From: Curvularia clavata
Lineage: Eukaryota
Direction: 5' to 3'
Length of the DNA stretch: 64,000 nucleotides
Assembly (NCBI GenBank): GCA_023920165.1
Contig: CP089276.1
Location: forward strand, 2,108,001 to 2,172,000
A program made the translations under genes and the position numbers. Below are positions 1 through 11,412 of this stretch, in pieces. How positions within the stretch are numbered: position 1 is the first letter of the stretch; every line of letters begins with the position of its first letter. Below the pieces are notes generated by a model that ran no database searches, was not told the DNA's origin, and saw nothing but the letters and a program-made list of their open reading frames with translations.

Positions 1-1190
1 AACCACTCAACTTTACCGGTCATCGGCACCTGATTTCACGCCTCTTGCTCGCAACTCTCACCGGCCGACCCGTTCGCATATCGCAAATTCGCTCTTCGTC
101 GACGAACCCTGGCCTAACTCGCCATGAAACCAATTTCATCCGACTCCTCGACGCGGTGACGAATGGATCGCAGATACAATTTAGCATGACGGGTACAACA
201 CTCGTCTACCGCCCTGGACTTATCACCGGTTCAGCCGAAGGCCTAGGCGCAAGCGGAGGCGTAATTCGACACGAGATACCGGCAGAATGCAGAAAGCGAG
301 GCGTGAGTTGGTGGTTAATACCTCTCTGCATACTTTCGCCTTTCAGTAAGGGCAATATGAACATCATTTTCCACGGTGAAGGCTGCGTTACCTCTTCGAC
401 AATTGCTGGCGACGTTTCTGCCGACACGGTTCGTACAGCTATTCTTCCGCTGTATAAAAACTTTGCCATTGAGCGAAATATCGAACTGCGCATCCTTAAG
501 CGCTCGTGCGCCCCCGCAGGAGGCAAAGGCGCAGGCGGCGAGGTCCAGCTTGTTTTCAACCACCAGGTCCGTTTACCCAAGACGCTGCACCTGCTGAATC
601 CAGGACGAGTGAAGAAGATACGCGGTGTAGCGTACTGTGTTGAGGTTCCCAAGAGCAACAACGAACGCATGACTTTCACAGCAAGAGGCATCCTAAACAA
701 GTTCGTACCGGATACGTACATCTTCTCCGACGCAAGCCCTGCACCCCTGATACCCACAAATGCAAAGGGTCATGCGTCAGGAAAGGTCAAAGGAGCCGTC
801 GGATTCGGAATCAGTCTCGTAGCGGAGAGCAGCACAGGTTGCATATATTCGGCCGACGTGTGCTCCCCGCCCGACGGCGGTGTCCCTGCAGACGAAATTG
901 GCAAGCAATGCGCATACCAGCTTCTCGAGAAGATTTCACAAGGAGGCTGTGTAGAGAATGTGGCAGCGCCCACGGTGCTTATGCTCATGGCTATGGGCAG
1001 CGAGGACGTCGGCAGAGTAGCGCTCGGCAAAGAGGTGCTTGCGAGCGAGGAGATCATCCAGCTAGCAAGAGACGCAAAGGAGTTTGGAGGCAGCGCATGG
1101 GGCTTCAGAGAAGCAGGCGGCGAAAAGGAAGAAATCGTCGTCAGTGTAGTAGGCAAAGGCGTGGGCAATGTCGGAAGAAAAGTGGCTTAG
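1..1190 (+). CDS. RCL1: RNA 3'-terminal phosphate cyclase-like protein, 18S rRNA biogenesis (5'-truncated by window)
   Basis: Frame open from window edge (PLNFTGHRHLISRLLLATLTGRPVRI); NPGL..E.NFIRLLD.VTNGS, LRILKRSCAP.GG..GGEV, RIRGVAY-like and C-terminal G.GVGNVGRK motifs of Rcl1. Confidence 0.93.
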   Translation, partial: PLNFTGHRHLISRLLLATLTGRPVRISQIRSSSTNPGLTRHETNFIRLLDAVTNGSQIQFSMTGTTLVYRPGLITGSAEGLGASGGVIRHEIPAECRKRGVSWWLIPLCILSPFSKGNMNIIFHGEGCVTSSTIAGDVSADTVRTAILPLYKNFAIERNIELRILKRSCAPAGGKGAGGEVQLVFNHQVRLPKTLHLLNPGRVKKIRGVAYCVEVPKSNNERMTFTARGILNKFVPDTYIFSDASPAPLIPTNAKGHASGKVKGAVGFGISLVAESSTGCIYSADVCSPPDGGVPADEIGKQCAYQLLEKISQGGCVENVAAPTVLMLMAMGSEDVGRVALGKEVLASEEIIQLARDAKEFGGSAWGFREAGGEKEEIVVSVVGKGVGNVGRKVA

Positions 1191-1492
1191 AAGAACTCGT
1201 GTTGGTTTTGGGCACCGAAAAAACGTTTTCCGTCTGCAAATAATGATACCCCTCCTTTTGTTCTCATGATACGGCATCTCTCTCTTTCTCTATGAGGCGG
1301 TCAATTCTGTTTTGGAAATCATCGCAAACATGCTCATCTCGACAATCTCTCCATGATACAGTTTAAAAAAAAGCACCTGTAAAGAAACAACAAACGCCAT
1401 GCAGATGACCGTTTTGCAAAAAATCGTCTACCATAACATAGAATGCCTAAATCCAAGCCGATTTCGAGACCTACGAGTTTCGCTACTACTAC

Positions 1493-3997
1493 TTACTTCC
1501 TGCCAGCTGAGCTAGCACCGCTGCCAGTTCCCTCCTCCTCGCTGCCATCCTCCTCTGCATACTTTTCGTTAAAGCGTTCCTGATCCCTATACGGGCCCTC
1601 GTCTCCATCATCGTCATCACTCAGCAAATCCTCATCCGACTCGCCTGCAAAAGCATCGTACAATTCTCCACCCCTCTTTGCGCGCTTCTTCTTGCCAGCA
1701 GCAGCTCCAGAAAGTAAACCGGCGTCATCCCTGTCCTCGTCACCATCTAGAACTTCGAACTCGTATGCGTCACGCGAATCCTTCATACGCTTGCGCCTTG
1801 CGATGAATAGATAGGTACAGAGACCAGCGATGAAAACGAGGATAAGGCCGAGAGCACCATAGATCCAGATCTGGGTGTGCTTGGATACGCCGAAAGAAGG
1901 GAAGGGGCTGGGGAGGAAGTTTTCGGCAGGAGCTGCAGATGCGGTTGCCGTTACTTCAGGTGCTGCGGTGGCAGAAGTCTGTGCCACTGTTTGCGTGGGC
2001 TTTTGGTTAACAGGGCGATCGGGGTGGTCAGCAGGAATAGAAGTCGGCTCAGATGGAGTGCTGGTAGGAACAGCAACACTGGTGGTATGTGCAGGGTGGT
2101 CGTCGATCTTGTCGTGGTCATCATCTTCGTGCTCGTCGGGCATCGGGTGCGGCTTGGCTTTGGACGCATCAATGGCCTCGCCCCAGAGACGCAGCTTCCA
2201 GTCTGTGAAAGTACCCGTCTTGCCGTTGTCTGCTTTAACATCTTTGATGATAACGGTCCACTGGCCAACAGCCTTTTCGCCCCAGTGAGCGACTGACATG
2301 AAGGTCCAATCAACGTAGCCATAAGGCGCGTCATCAGAGCGGCGTGCAGTCGAGAGGTGTGAAACCATACCACTGGGAGATCGCAACTCGACACTGAGGT
2401 CTCCGCGACGCTGGTGCTCTACGTTCATGGTCAGGGTAATGTGCTCAACACGCTCAAGGTTTGCCTTCTTGAGCATGTCTTCTGTAACTTCGAAAGTACT
2501 AGCAAGGCCCTGGTCACCTTCCGGGATGGCCTTCCGGACATGCATCCAGGGTGAATAGAACCATGCTTGTGGCTTGACCAGCTCCCAGGTCTTGGCCTTC
2601 TCAACAATTGCGTAAGCATCGAGCTTTCCGTAACCAAACTGGTGGCTGTACATGCGACCAATAGCTGTCTTGGTCCAGTCACTAGGAGTATTAAGAGGTT
2701 GAGCGGTCATGACTGTAAGCCATTGTACATCGCGCCATGTCAGTTCAGGACGAGCCTGGAGGACCAGCGCGTACACTCCGACGCCAATCGGACCAGCAGC
2801 GGATGTGCCTCCGTGCGAGCTCGTACACTTGTTCAAACCTACGTCGGTCGTGTGGATGGCGTCACCACCACCGCTACTGTAGGTTACGACAAGCTGAGCG
2901 GAACACGCCTCAGAATAATACGGGTGCTCGTTGTTTTGGTCGATGGCGCCGACAGTGATGCTGTAGATGCTGTTTGTGTAGCCGTCAAAATTGCAGTTGT
3001 CGCCGCTGGCAGCGCCATTGCCCGCCGCGAAAACGTAGATGTTGCCCTTGCCGCCACGGCCTTTCTGAACGGCGTTCACCATGGCTTTCTTGATAAGGAT
3101 GCCTGGTGCCTGCATGGTCTTGCCGTCGTCAGGCGGTCCCCATGAGCACGAATAAATGTCATTCTTCTGCATCTCGTAGTTGATAGCGAGTGCCTCATCC
3201 ATATCTGAAATATCGCCCGAGAGGATACGCACGCCTGATACCTTGGCGTCGTAGGCAAGTCCAAGTCCGCAAGCATCATTCTTTCCTGCGGCAATCTCTC
3301 CAGCGCACCTTGTTCCGTGCCGGTCGTCGGAAAGTTTAGGGGTCGGTAAGTCTTCATGGTCGTTGTAGTCGTGAGAGCCTTCGGCGAAAAAATTGTCCTT
3401 CAAATCGTTGCTGGTGTAGTCCAGACCGTCATCAACAACGCACGCAGTGACACCTTTGCCAGTGATGCCCTGGGTCCACACATCTGTAACGTTGATGTCG
3501 TTGCCCCGTGTCTTGACGTTGAAGATGTGCCATTGTTCCTCGAAGATGGGGTCCTTGATTTCCAGCTTGTTGGCAAGCTCGCGCTGAGCCTTGATCGCCT
3601 CGGTGACTGGGGGACCCGCTCGCTCTGTCCGTGGAGGTATGACACTGCGCTTCCAGTGCCGGGGCTTCAGCTTCTGCTTTTGGGTGAAGTGGATGCTGTC
3701 GAGGGGGTGGTATTCCGGCCCCACTTCACGTTTCCGCCGCCGCCTCTTGAGCTCTTGCTGTGCATCGTTTACGATGTCGTTTTCATGTTTCGGGGCTTTG
3801 AAGACATGGTGGTGGTCGAGCGAGTCGAAAGGGCCCTCGTAGGTCAGGCCAAGATGGGCAGCGAGCTCCGAGGGCGAGGCGGAGGGCGCAAGATGTATGG
3901 CATAGTAGTCGTGGCTCGTGTAGTTGCGGGGCGGAAGGTTGTTTCCTGCAGCGGCGAGAGTCGCCACCGACAAGAGGCTCCAAACGTGGACGCGCAT
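1493..3997 (-). CDS. KEX2: Kexin, subtilisin-like proprotein convertase
   Basis: Signal peptide from ATG 3997 (MRVHVWSLL), KR propeptide site, catalytic VDDG / HGTRCAGE / GTSAA, P-domain (HQRRGDL), TM helix, acidic tail with YEFEVL and LYDAF. No intron needed. Confidence 0.96.
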   Translation of the reverse strand: MRVHVWSLLSVATLAAAGNNLPPRNYTSHDYYAIHLAPSASPSELAAHLGLTYEGPFDSLDHHHVFKAPKHENDIVNDAQQELKRRRRKREVGPEYHPLDSIHFTQKQKLKPRHWKRSVIPPRTERAGPPVTEAIKAQRELANKLEIKDPIFEEQWHIFNVKTRGNDINVTDVWTQGITGKGVTACVVDDGLDYTSNDLKDNFFAEGSHDYNDHEDLPTPKLSDDRHGTRCAGEIAAGKNDACGLGLAYDAKVSGVRILSGDISDMDEALAINYEMQKNDIYSCSWGPPDDGKTMQAPGILIKKAMVNAVQKGRGGKGNIYVFAAGNGAASGDNCNFDGYTNSIYSITVGAIDQNNEHPYYSEACSAQLVVTYSSGGGDAIHTTDVGLNKCTSSHGGTSAAGPIGVGVYALVLQARPELTWRDVQWLTVMTAQPLNTPSDWTKTAIGRMYSHQFGYGKLDAYAIVEKAKTWELVKPQAWFYSPWMHVRKAIPEGDQGLASTFEVTEDMLKKANLERVEHITLTMNVEHQRRGDLSVELRSPSGMVSHLSTARRSDDAPYGYVDWTFMSVAHWGEKAVGQWTVIIKDVKADNGKTGTFTDWKLRLWGEAIDASKAKPHPMPDEHEDDDHDKIDDHPAHTTSVAVPTSTPSEPTSIPADHPDRPVNQKPTQTVAQTSATAAPEVTATASAAPAENFLPSPFPSFGVSKHTQIWIYGALGLILVFIAGLCTYLFIARRKRMKDSRDAYEFEVLDGDEDRDDAGLLSGAAAGKKKRAKRGGELYDAFAGESDEDLLSDDDDGDEGPYRDQERFNEKYAEEDGSEEEGTGSGASSAGRK

Positions 3998-4957
3998 AGC
4001 GAGGACGCCGAGAGAAAGGGATACGTTATGTGCAGCCGGCTGCAATCATGTATTTGCTAGAAGACGCTGTACAGAATGGCGAGGTGCAGGCGATTGGAGG
4101 TATGCGGGGTGCCAGGGGGCCGCTTTGAAGAGCTTGAGGTTGAGGATACTGTGGTCGGCCGGCGAGCGTAGGAATGGGTGGATAAGTCGTCTATTGTGCT
4201 TATGGTTGATGCCAGGTTGCGCAGACGGATGCGCGAGGTCGGATGGGGATAGGCGAGAGTTTGTGTCGGCGCCGAACACGATGCAGCCCGGGGCGAACAC
4301 GAAGAGAGCAGCGAGCAATTGGACGAGGGCAATATTCCCTGGCCGGTGGTGAGGTGTTGGAGCGCTGCAACTTCGGAACGTGCTTGAGACCCTCGGTGCA
4401 GGGGACGGGGACGAGGGCGCCGTCGAGGCTTCCAACCATGGCACCTTGCCTGTTTCGGCCGGCAGCCGCTTCCGCGCTACAGCGTGCCTGCCGTCTATGG
4501 GCGGGCGTGTGGAGGCAGGCGCAGACAAGGCGGGCAGGCGCAGGCGCGGCATGGGCAGACGGTGCGCCTCCAGCCATCTCTTTCGCAACCTCCCGCCACC
4601 CCATTCTACGATGCGCTGGCCATGGATATCACCCTCTTCCCTGCTCCCATACCGCTCTTCCTCTTCCTTTGTATATAGCATCTTCCTGTAGTCTGCCAGC
4701 CCCCCCATCATTGCGCTTCCCGTGTGCCACAGTTTTTCTGCGCTGCCCGTCTTTAGGCGCCTCCGCCGCACTGCTACGTTTAATGCCACTAGGTAGCTAT
4801 CACAAATGACACCAGTTGACACGCCTCTCTAAACGTCCATGTGACAGTGTTAGTTGACAACAGAGCTGCCCTTGGCCTGTACTTTGTCCCATCTTGCAGC
4901 CGGCGGTGATAGGCCCCACTCGCTTCACCACCAGCCACTTTATGAGCTCGTCGCAAC

Positions 4958-7900
4958 ATGCAAGACAACCGGGACAGCGGCTCTTACACAGAGCGGACTG
5001 TCAATATCACTATCCACAAGGCCCCCGATAGCTCGGCCCCCAAGCGTGCATCCTACAGTCGCCCAGCCGATGCCCAACCAGCGGCCTCATCTCCACCCGA
5101 GGCCGCCATGTCAAGTACCGTTCCCAGCAACACTGCGAGACCTGTCGCAGCCACCTCCTCGAGCAGTGCCACTCAGAGACGCCGGAACAGCAAGATCATT
5201 TTCCCTCCCACTACAGGTGCAATGGGCGAGTCTATGCCGGCCGCGCCAGACGTACCGCGCGCACCGCCCTCTTCCTACAGAGACCCTTACTCAAGAGGTG
5301 TCAGGGTTCCAGCACGCACAAGCTCGGGACGGGCACGCGACCCAGCTATCCAATTGAACCCGAGCAGACAGCAGGCCACCATCCAAACCGCTGCAGACAG
5401 GCTCTACCACCTACGATCACCCCCATATGCGCCAGTCGAGCCTTTGGCGGGAACCGTAGGGCGGAGGGGCTCGCAGCGTGGGCCCTCTGTGCCTGACCGC
5501 TCACCACTCCAAAAGCTAGAAGGAAAATTGGATGACATCAGCAAAGAGGAGAGAAGAGCGAGGATATTAGAAGCCGAGCTGGCGGCGCAAGAGAAGGCCG
5601 AGGCCGAAGCACGGGAAAGGCGGGCGCGAGAAGCTGCTCAGAAACAGCAGCGAGTTGTGTCTCATCCTGTCCCAGCAACCGAAAACGCCTCCAATGCACC
5701 CAGCCGAGCAAGCAGTAGCAAGCGCCATGTTTCAATGCCGACAGAGAAAAAGCACCCATCTCCACAGATTACCCAATGGGAGCCTGATAATGGCTACATC
5801 CACGACCTCAATGAGCCCTGGGATCCCACACCGCCCGAAGGTGGAGCAGTGCAGCCTGCGCAACAGGCAACCGGACAGAAAGGGCAACTCGTGGCACGAA
5901 GCACTAGTCTAAAAGGCAAAGAGCCGGTTAGGAGCTCACCGCGAAGTGGCACCTTCAGCGACCGGAGCTCACTTCCTTCGCAGCGAGACCAGAAGCCTGC
6001 AACTGATGCTGCAGGGCTTGGCCTGGTAGGTGTAGACGATACCCCAGCGGGAGCTGAAGTCACTCGCGCAGAGAGCAAGAGGATCCAAGGGCGAAGAGAC
6101 AGCAGAGGTATCACGGCGGCGCAGATGGATATGCTGCAAGAGTCGATTGACCACAAGGGGGCCGCCCGCGTAGTCGACATCCCACCGACCAAGCCTCGCA
6201 TGCCGCCCGTACCAAAGACTACGCCCGTCATGCCGCCCGTACCTCAAACCAACCGAAAGAGTGTCGTCTTTTCCGAGTCCGAATCGGAGTTGGATTCGCA
6301 CGATCCCGAGAAAAAGGCTCGCCATCGTTTCAGCCGCCATGGCGACCCAGAAAGGACGTACACGCCTAGGCCCGCACTGGATGAATGGAAAAATGCCCAA
6401 GTCGGCACGCTTGCCGCTGACGACCTCGACCTCAATGCTCCGGTCACAGCCAACAGTGGCAACAAAGCATGGTGGGAAGAAACCAAATTGTCTCGACGCA
6501 GACGCTCAAGCAGTTATGCAGAGCCCAAATACGACGGGTATGCCGACGACACTCACTTACCTACTAGTTTCAACCCACCACTGTATCTCAAGTGTGGACC
6601 GCTTCTGCGCTACACGGGTCTTCGCAAAGACCGCAGCAAGCCAGGGCAAGAGCGAGAGATGTGGCGAGGTAGCGTCATGATCGTGACCGTTGATGCTTCT
6701 TCTTCTTACTCCAAGCCGCCGACGTTACGGCTGTTCAAGCAGCCAATGGACATTTTACCTCCGCCACCAGCAGAAGTTGATCAGGGCCAGCTTGATCCGT
6801 CGTACGTAGATCCCATCGAAGGCCAGATCAAAGTATCGCGAACCGGCAAGACGCTGTACGTTAAACCAATCGACGAGATTGCAGAGGATATGGACCTGTC
6901 GCGTGTTGAAGATGACACCGGTCTGTTTTCTCAGACTCGAAGCACTGCAAACGGATCGGTCGCTAAGTCCACCCGTATCCACAAAAGAGACGGCGAAAAG
7001 CTGGGCAAAGTGCGCGACTTCCCTGGCGTCCGTCTTCACGCTGAGCGGGGTGTGACATTCTGGCGCTTCAACATTGAAGTCGAACTCGGAACCAGCCAGA
7101 CCCGTATCGCTTACAAGATCAACCAGGGTCCGGCCATTGGATTCTGGGTCCCTGCCAAAGGCGAATCTATGAACATCATGTTCCATAGCTGCAACGGGTT
7201 TTCTGCTAGTGTCGACCCGGATGAGTTTTGCGGTCCAGATCCCCTGTGGCGCGACGTCCTCAATACCCATCAGACCCGTCCGTTTCATGTGATGATCGGT
7301 GGTGGAGATCAAATCTACAATGATGCTGCCATGAGGCAGACAACTCTATTTAGACAATGGACTGAGAACAGAAACCCTTTGCACAAGCACCACCAGCCAT
7401 TCTCCGAAGAGATGCAGAACGAGCTCGAGCAATTCTACCTGGACCGGTACTCGATGTGGTTTTCGCAGGGTCTGTTCGGCATGGCCAACTCACAGATTCC
7501 CATGATCAACATTTGGGATGATCATGACATTATCGACGTAAGTGTGAACTCGCGATACTGTCCAATCGTATGCTAACATATTTAGGGCTTTGGTTCGTAT
7601 CCTCATCACTTCATGCAAACGCCCGTGTTCACGGGAGTCGGTGCTGTTGCCTTCAAATACTACATGCTCTTTCAACACCAATCTGTGCCTGCTGAAACGG
7701 AAAAGACGGAGCCCTCGTGGGTACTTGGTAAGAGCCCTGGTCCTTATATCAAAGAGCGCTCCAGAAGCGTCTTCATGCGTCTCGGCCGACCGGTGGCTTT
7801 TCTCGGTCTTGACTGCCGTACAGAACGGCAACGGGACGAAATCCTCACCGAAGACTCATATGACATCATCTTTGACCGTCTCGAGGATGAGATTATCAAG

Positions 7901-10225
7901 GGCGAGACTAAGCATTTGATTGTGCTTCTTGGTGTACCCATTGCTTACCCTCGGCTGAACTTTCTCGAAAATATCCTGACAAGTAGGCTTATGGATCCTA
8001 TCAAAGCTCTTGGCCGTACCGGTATGCTGGGAAACTTCGTCAACAAATTTGATGGAGGCGTGGAAATTCTGGATGACTTGGACGACCACTGGACAGCAAA
8101 GCATCACAAGGAAGAGCGCAACTGGTTCATTCATGAGCTGCAACACATTGCTTCTACCAAATCTGTGCGTGTCACCATCCTTGGTGGTGATGTCCATTTG
8201 GCAGCGATGGGTCAATTCTACAGCAACAAAAAGCTGAATATACCAAAAGACAAAGATCACAGGTACATGCCGAACGTCATCTCCTCAGCCATAGTCAACA
8301 CACCGCCTCCTGATATGATGGCGGATATCATCAACAAACGCAACAAAGTACATCATCTCGATGCAGAGACGGATGAGGACATGATTGCGCTGTTTGACTA
8401 CGGTGTAGATGGGAAAAAGAGGAACAACACTCATCTACTTCCTCACCGGAACTGGTGCAGCATCCGACAGTACAAGCCAGGGTCCACACCATCAGGAACA
8501 CCATCACCACCTGCAACTCCAGATGGCCCTGGCATGGTAAGATCGTTCTCTGACTTTGCGCCGGGTCAGCTGGTGAGAAGGCTGAGTGGGCAGCAGACAA
8601 GGCCCTCTGCACGACGGCCTGGGCCTCCAGTGTCTTACCGCAACAATCCAGCTTATGCTGCTGCCGATGACGAGCAGGTGGGCCACTACCATCAGCCCCA
8701 ATCCTCCTTCTCGCCCGACCGTTCAGACTCGGAAAGACCTGCCCGCCCTCGACGCAATTCCTTGTCCTCACTTTTCCGTCGTCGTCCTTCAATGGATACA
8801 GACCGCCCAGGCACCTCGGAAAGTGCAACGCCTCGGGGTCGTAGGAGCCAGTCGCAAGATCGACCCTCTAACTTCCACCGCCGCCCTAGTGTGCTAAGCA
8901 AGAAAAGTATGAAGAAGCAGGAGTACATCAACCTCGAAGGAGGTCTTGATATTTGCCTTAATGTTGAAGTTTCACAGCACGACCCGGCAGGTATCACAAC
9001 CCCATATCGACTGGTTGTACCGGCACTAGATTATGTCGAACCTGAGCCTGGTACCGAGGAAAAGGAGCCTCGTAAACCCCGAGGTTTTTTCCGTGCATTT
9101 GGTGGAAGACGCAAAGCTACAATTGGCGATGATGGAAATTCTATTTCGGGCAGCGAAAGCGGGAGCGAGCTGGGCGAGATATCCAGTGAAAGTGAGCAGG
9201 AGCGCACGCAACAACAGTACAAAGTCGGACCCAGGGTCATAGTGCCGAATCGACGCGAATCGACCTCTGCTCCCGTCACACCTTCAATCCCAACTCCTGC
9301 CATGGCTTCTGGTTCTGCACCGGCCCCGGCTCCGGCTTCTGGCCCCCGTGATAATCGCCTCAGCTCTGGATTTCATGCCAATATGGCCAGGGCAGCCGGC
9401 CCAAATCAATCTGATGGGGCTGTTCACAATCCTGCACCTCAGAGTCAAGGACGTCGAAGTCTGGACTTTGGTCCGAATGCGGGTGCTAGAGCCTCTGCTT
9501 GGGACAGTGTCACTGCGAAAAGACACGCCAGTGCGCCTCAACATCCTCAAGGGGTGCAGACTGCGACTCAAGCAACTGTGGTTCCATCTCGTTCCGCCTC
9601 CACGCGCAGACAGCCATCGTACAGCAACTCTTCCCACAAGTCTCAACTACCCGCTGCACACCCTGATGAGGGCATAAAGGTACAGAGAAGACCAGTACCC
9701 GGTACTGGAGGTCAGAGCCCATACGGCCTCGCATCAACACCATCGCAAAGGCGGGCTAAGCGTGAATCATACCCACCGCACCCAGCAATTGTCGGTGCGG
9801 GACCAGGTTCGCCATATACACGCGATGGACAGGGTCTTCAGCCCAGGCAAGACACTGCAGGTGGTGACTACTTCAGCAGCGGGGGTCGCGACGGACAAAG
9901 CCACCCTGCAATGGCACCCAGACAGGTGATAGATCCAGAGTACACCGAGAAACCAGTCCAACGAGCCGATTACGCCGCGCAACCACAGCGAGGCGGCTAT
10001 GACAGGACTGCTGCATACCCAGCCTACCCCCAGCGCAATGGCAGCGTTAGCACAGCAAATAGATATCTCGGTGGAGGCAATGGAGATCCATCTGACGATG
10101 ACGACAGCTTCGATAGTGCCGAGGAGGAGGATGTAGGCTTTGGTCAGCAGCATGGAGAGCAGATGAGTCAGGATAGCTTCGTGGTGCCGAAGCGCAAGAA
10201 GAAGTGGCAGATTTGGAAGTCATGA
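4958..10225 (+). CDS. Large (~1739 aa) PhoD-like metallophosphoesterase-domain protein with long disordered flanks; intron 7538-7585
   Basis: ORFs 4958-7576 and 7613-10225 join through GTAAGT...GCTAAC...TAG to give WDDHDIID|GFGSYP; motifs HSCNGFS, GGGDQIYND, LDCRTER, GGDVH. Confidence 0.85.
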
Positions 10226-10758
10226 AGCAGCGAGAGATGCTATAATGAAGGTGTTTAATGCAATCTAGGCCCACTCTTAATTGAGTCCGGACTTGGATTG
10301 GTAATTACGAAGTTACGATTGGAGGTATACCACTGTTTTCTGGGCTGGGAAAAAATCGAGGAACATGATGTTTGGCAGTGCGGCGCGTTTTGCGCAGCCT
10401 GTGTTTTCTTCAACGTTTTTTTTTTCTTTACGTACTAGATATCCTCTGATTTCCTCACGCTCTCCTCCCTAATCGAATATATATGATATTCTTTTCTCGT
10501 TATTCTACGAATAAAGTGGTGCTTGGATTTTAGTATGTGAATTTCTATGGCCTGGCAAGAGCCTTTTCTGAAGAATCTGCACAAAAAATGAGCACAATAA
10601 TCAAACATCAAGTACACGTCTAAACTTCGTCCGTGTACACATGCACTAGCAAAAAGTGAGTTGCGGTGTTTCTCTCTATCGAGAGAAAAAGGCAAAAAAA
10701 GAAAAGAAGGAATAGTCCTGGTGGGGCTGGAAGAGCTGTTAGTAAAGGAAATCGAACG

Positions 10759-10873
10759 AAATCCTGTGCGGGAAAACCTACTTCGAACCCACGGCATCCG
10801 CATAACCCAGATGAGGTCATAAGAGTCTGACGAATCTTATAAGAACGGCGCGCTACCACTGCGCCACAGGACT
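10759..10873 (-). tRNA. tRNA-Ile(TAT)-like gene with 34-nt anticodon intron (10804-10837) and aberrant T-arm; functional or pseudo
   Basis: Minus strand reads AGTCCTG TG GCGC AGTGGTA GCGC G CCGTT CT TAT A [intron] A TGCGG ATGCC GTGGG TTCGAAGTAGGTTTT CCCGC A CAGGATT T. Acceptor, D and T stems pair; the anticodon stem has a T-T at 31-39. A T-tract follows about 55 nt downstream. Confidence 0.8.
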
Positions 10874-11412
10874 TGATGTCCTTGGACTGAATTTTAGTCG
10901 ATTTTGAAATTGCACTAAATATATTGATATAAACAAAAGAGCGGACGATCCAGCGTGATCCGTTCCGAATCTCACGTCGCACAGGCACCACTTTGGATCG
11001 CGAGCGGGGTAATATGACCCATCGATAAGTGATGACACCAAAATCGGCGCTAGCCGCCGGGGTGGCTGGCGTGAGGGGTTGACGAAGCACCGTCCACTTG
11101 GTTCCACGTACGTGTACTACAGTGCCCCTTCACATTTGTTACTTGTCATTCTTGCTCTTTACTGCACACAATCACAATTCAAATATCCAGTTCTCTGGTA
11201 AGTTGCTCTTTCGTTATCTCCCGGTTGAACCTGAGGGCTCTCCAAGTGGCGGTCTGCAACCTTGCATGTTGCTCGTTTGGGATCGTGGACCTCGCGACAG
11301 ACTTGGCTATGTGTGCACGACAACCCCAAGGCTTTGCACAATTATTCTCATCTCATGATATCCTGGGCTGACATTTCGAAGAAGCGCCTGGTTTTTGCAG
11401 GCCACTATTACA

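Noticed and set aside
4046..4822. 258-aa minus-strand ORF and overlapping ORFs upstream of KEX2
   Set aside because: GC-rich divergent promoter/UTR region with no recognizable motifs and long ORFs in several frames.
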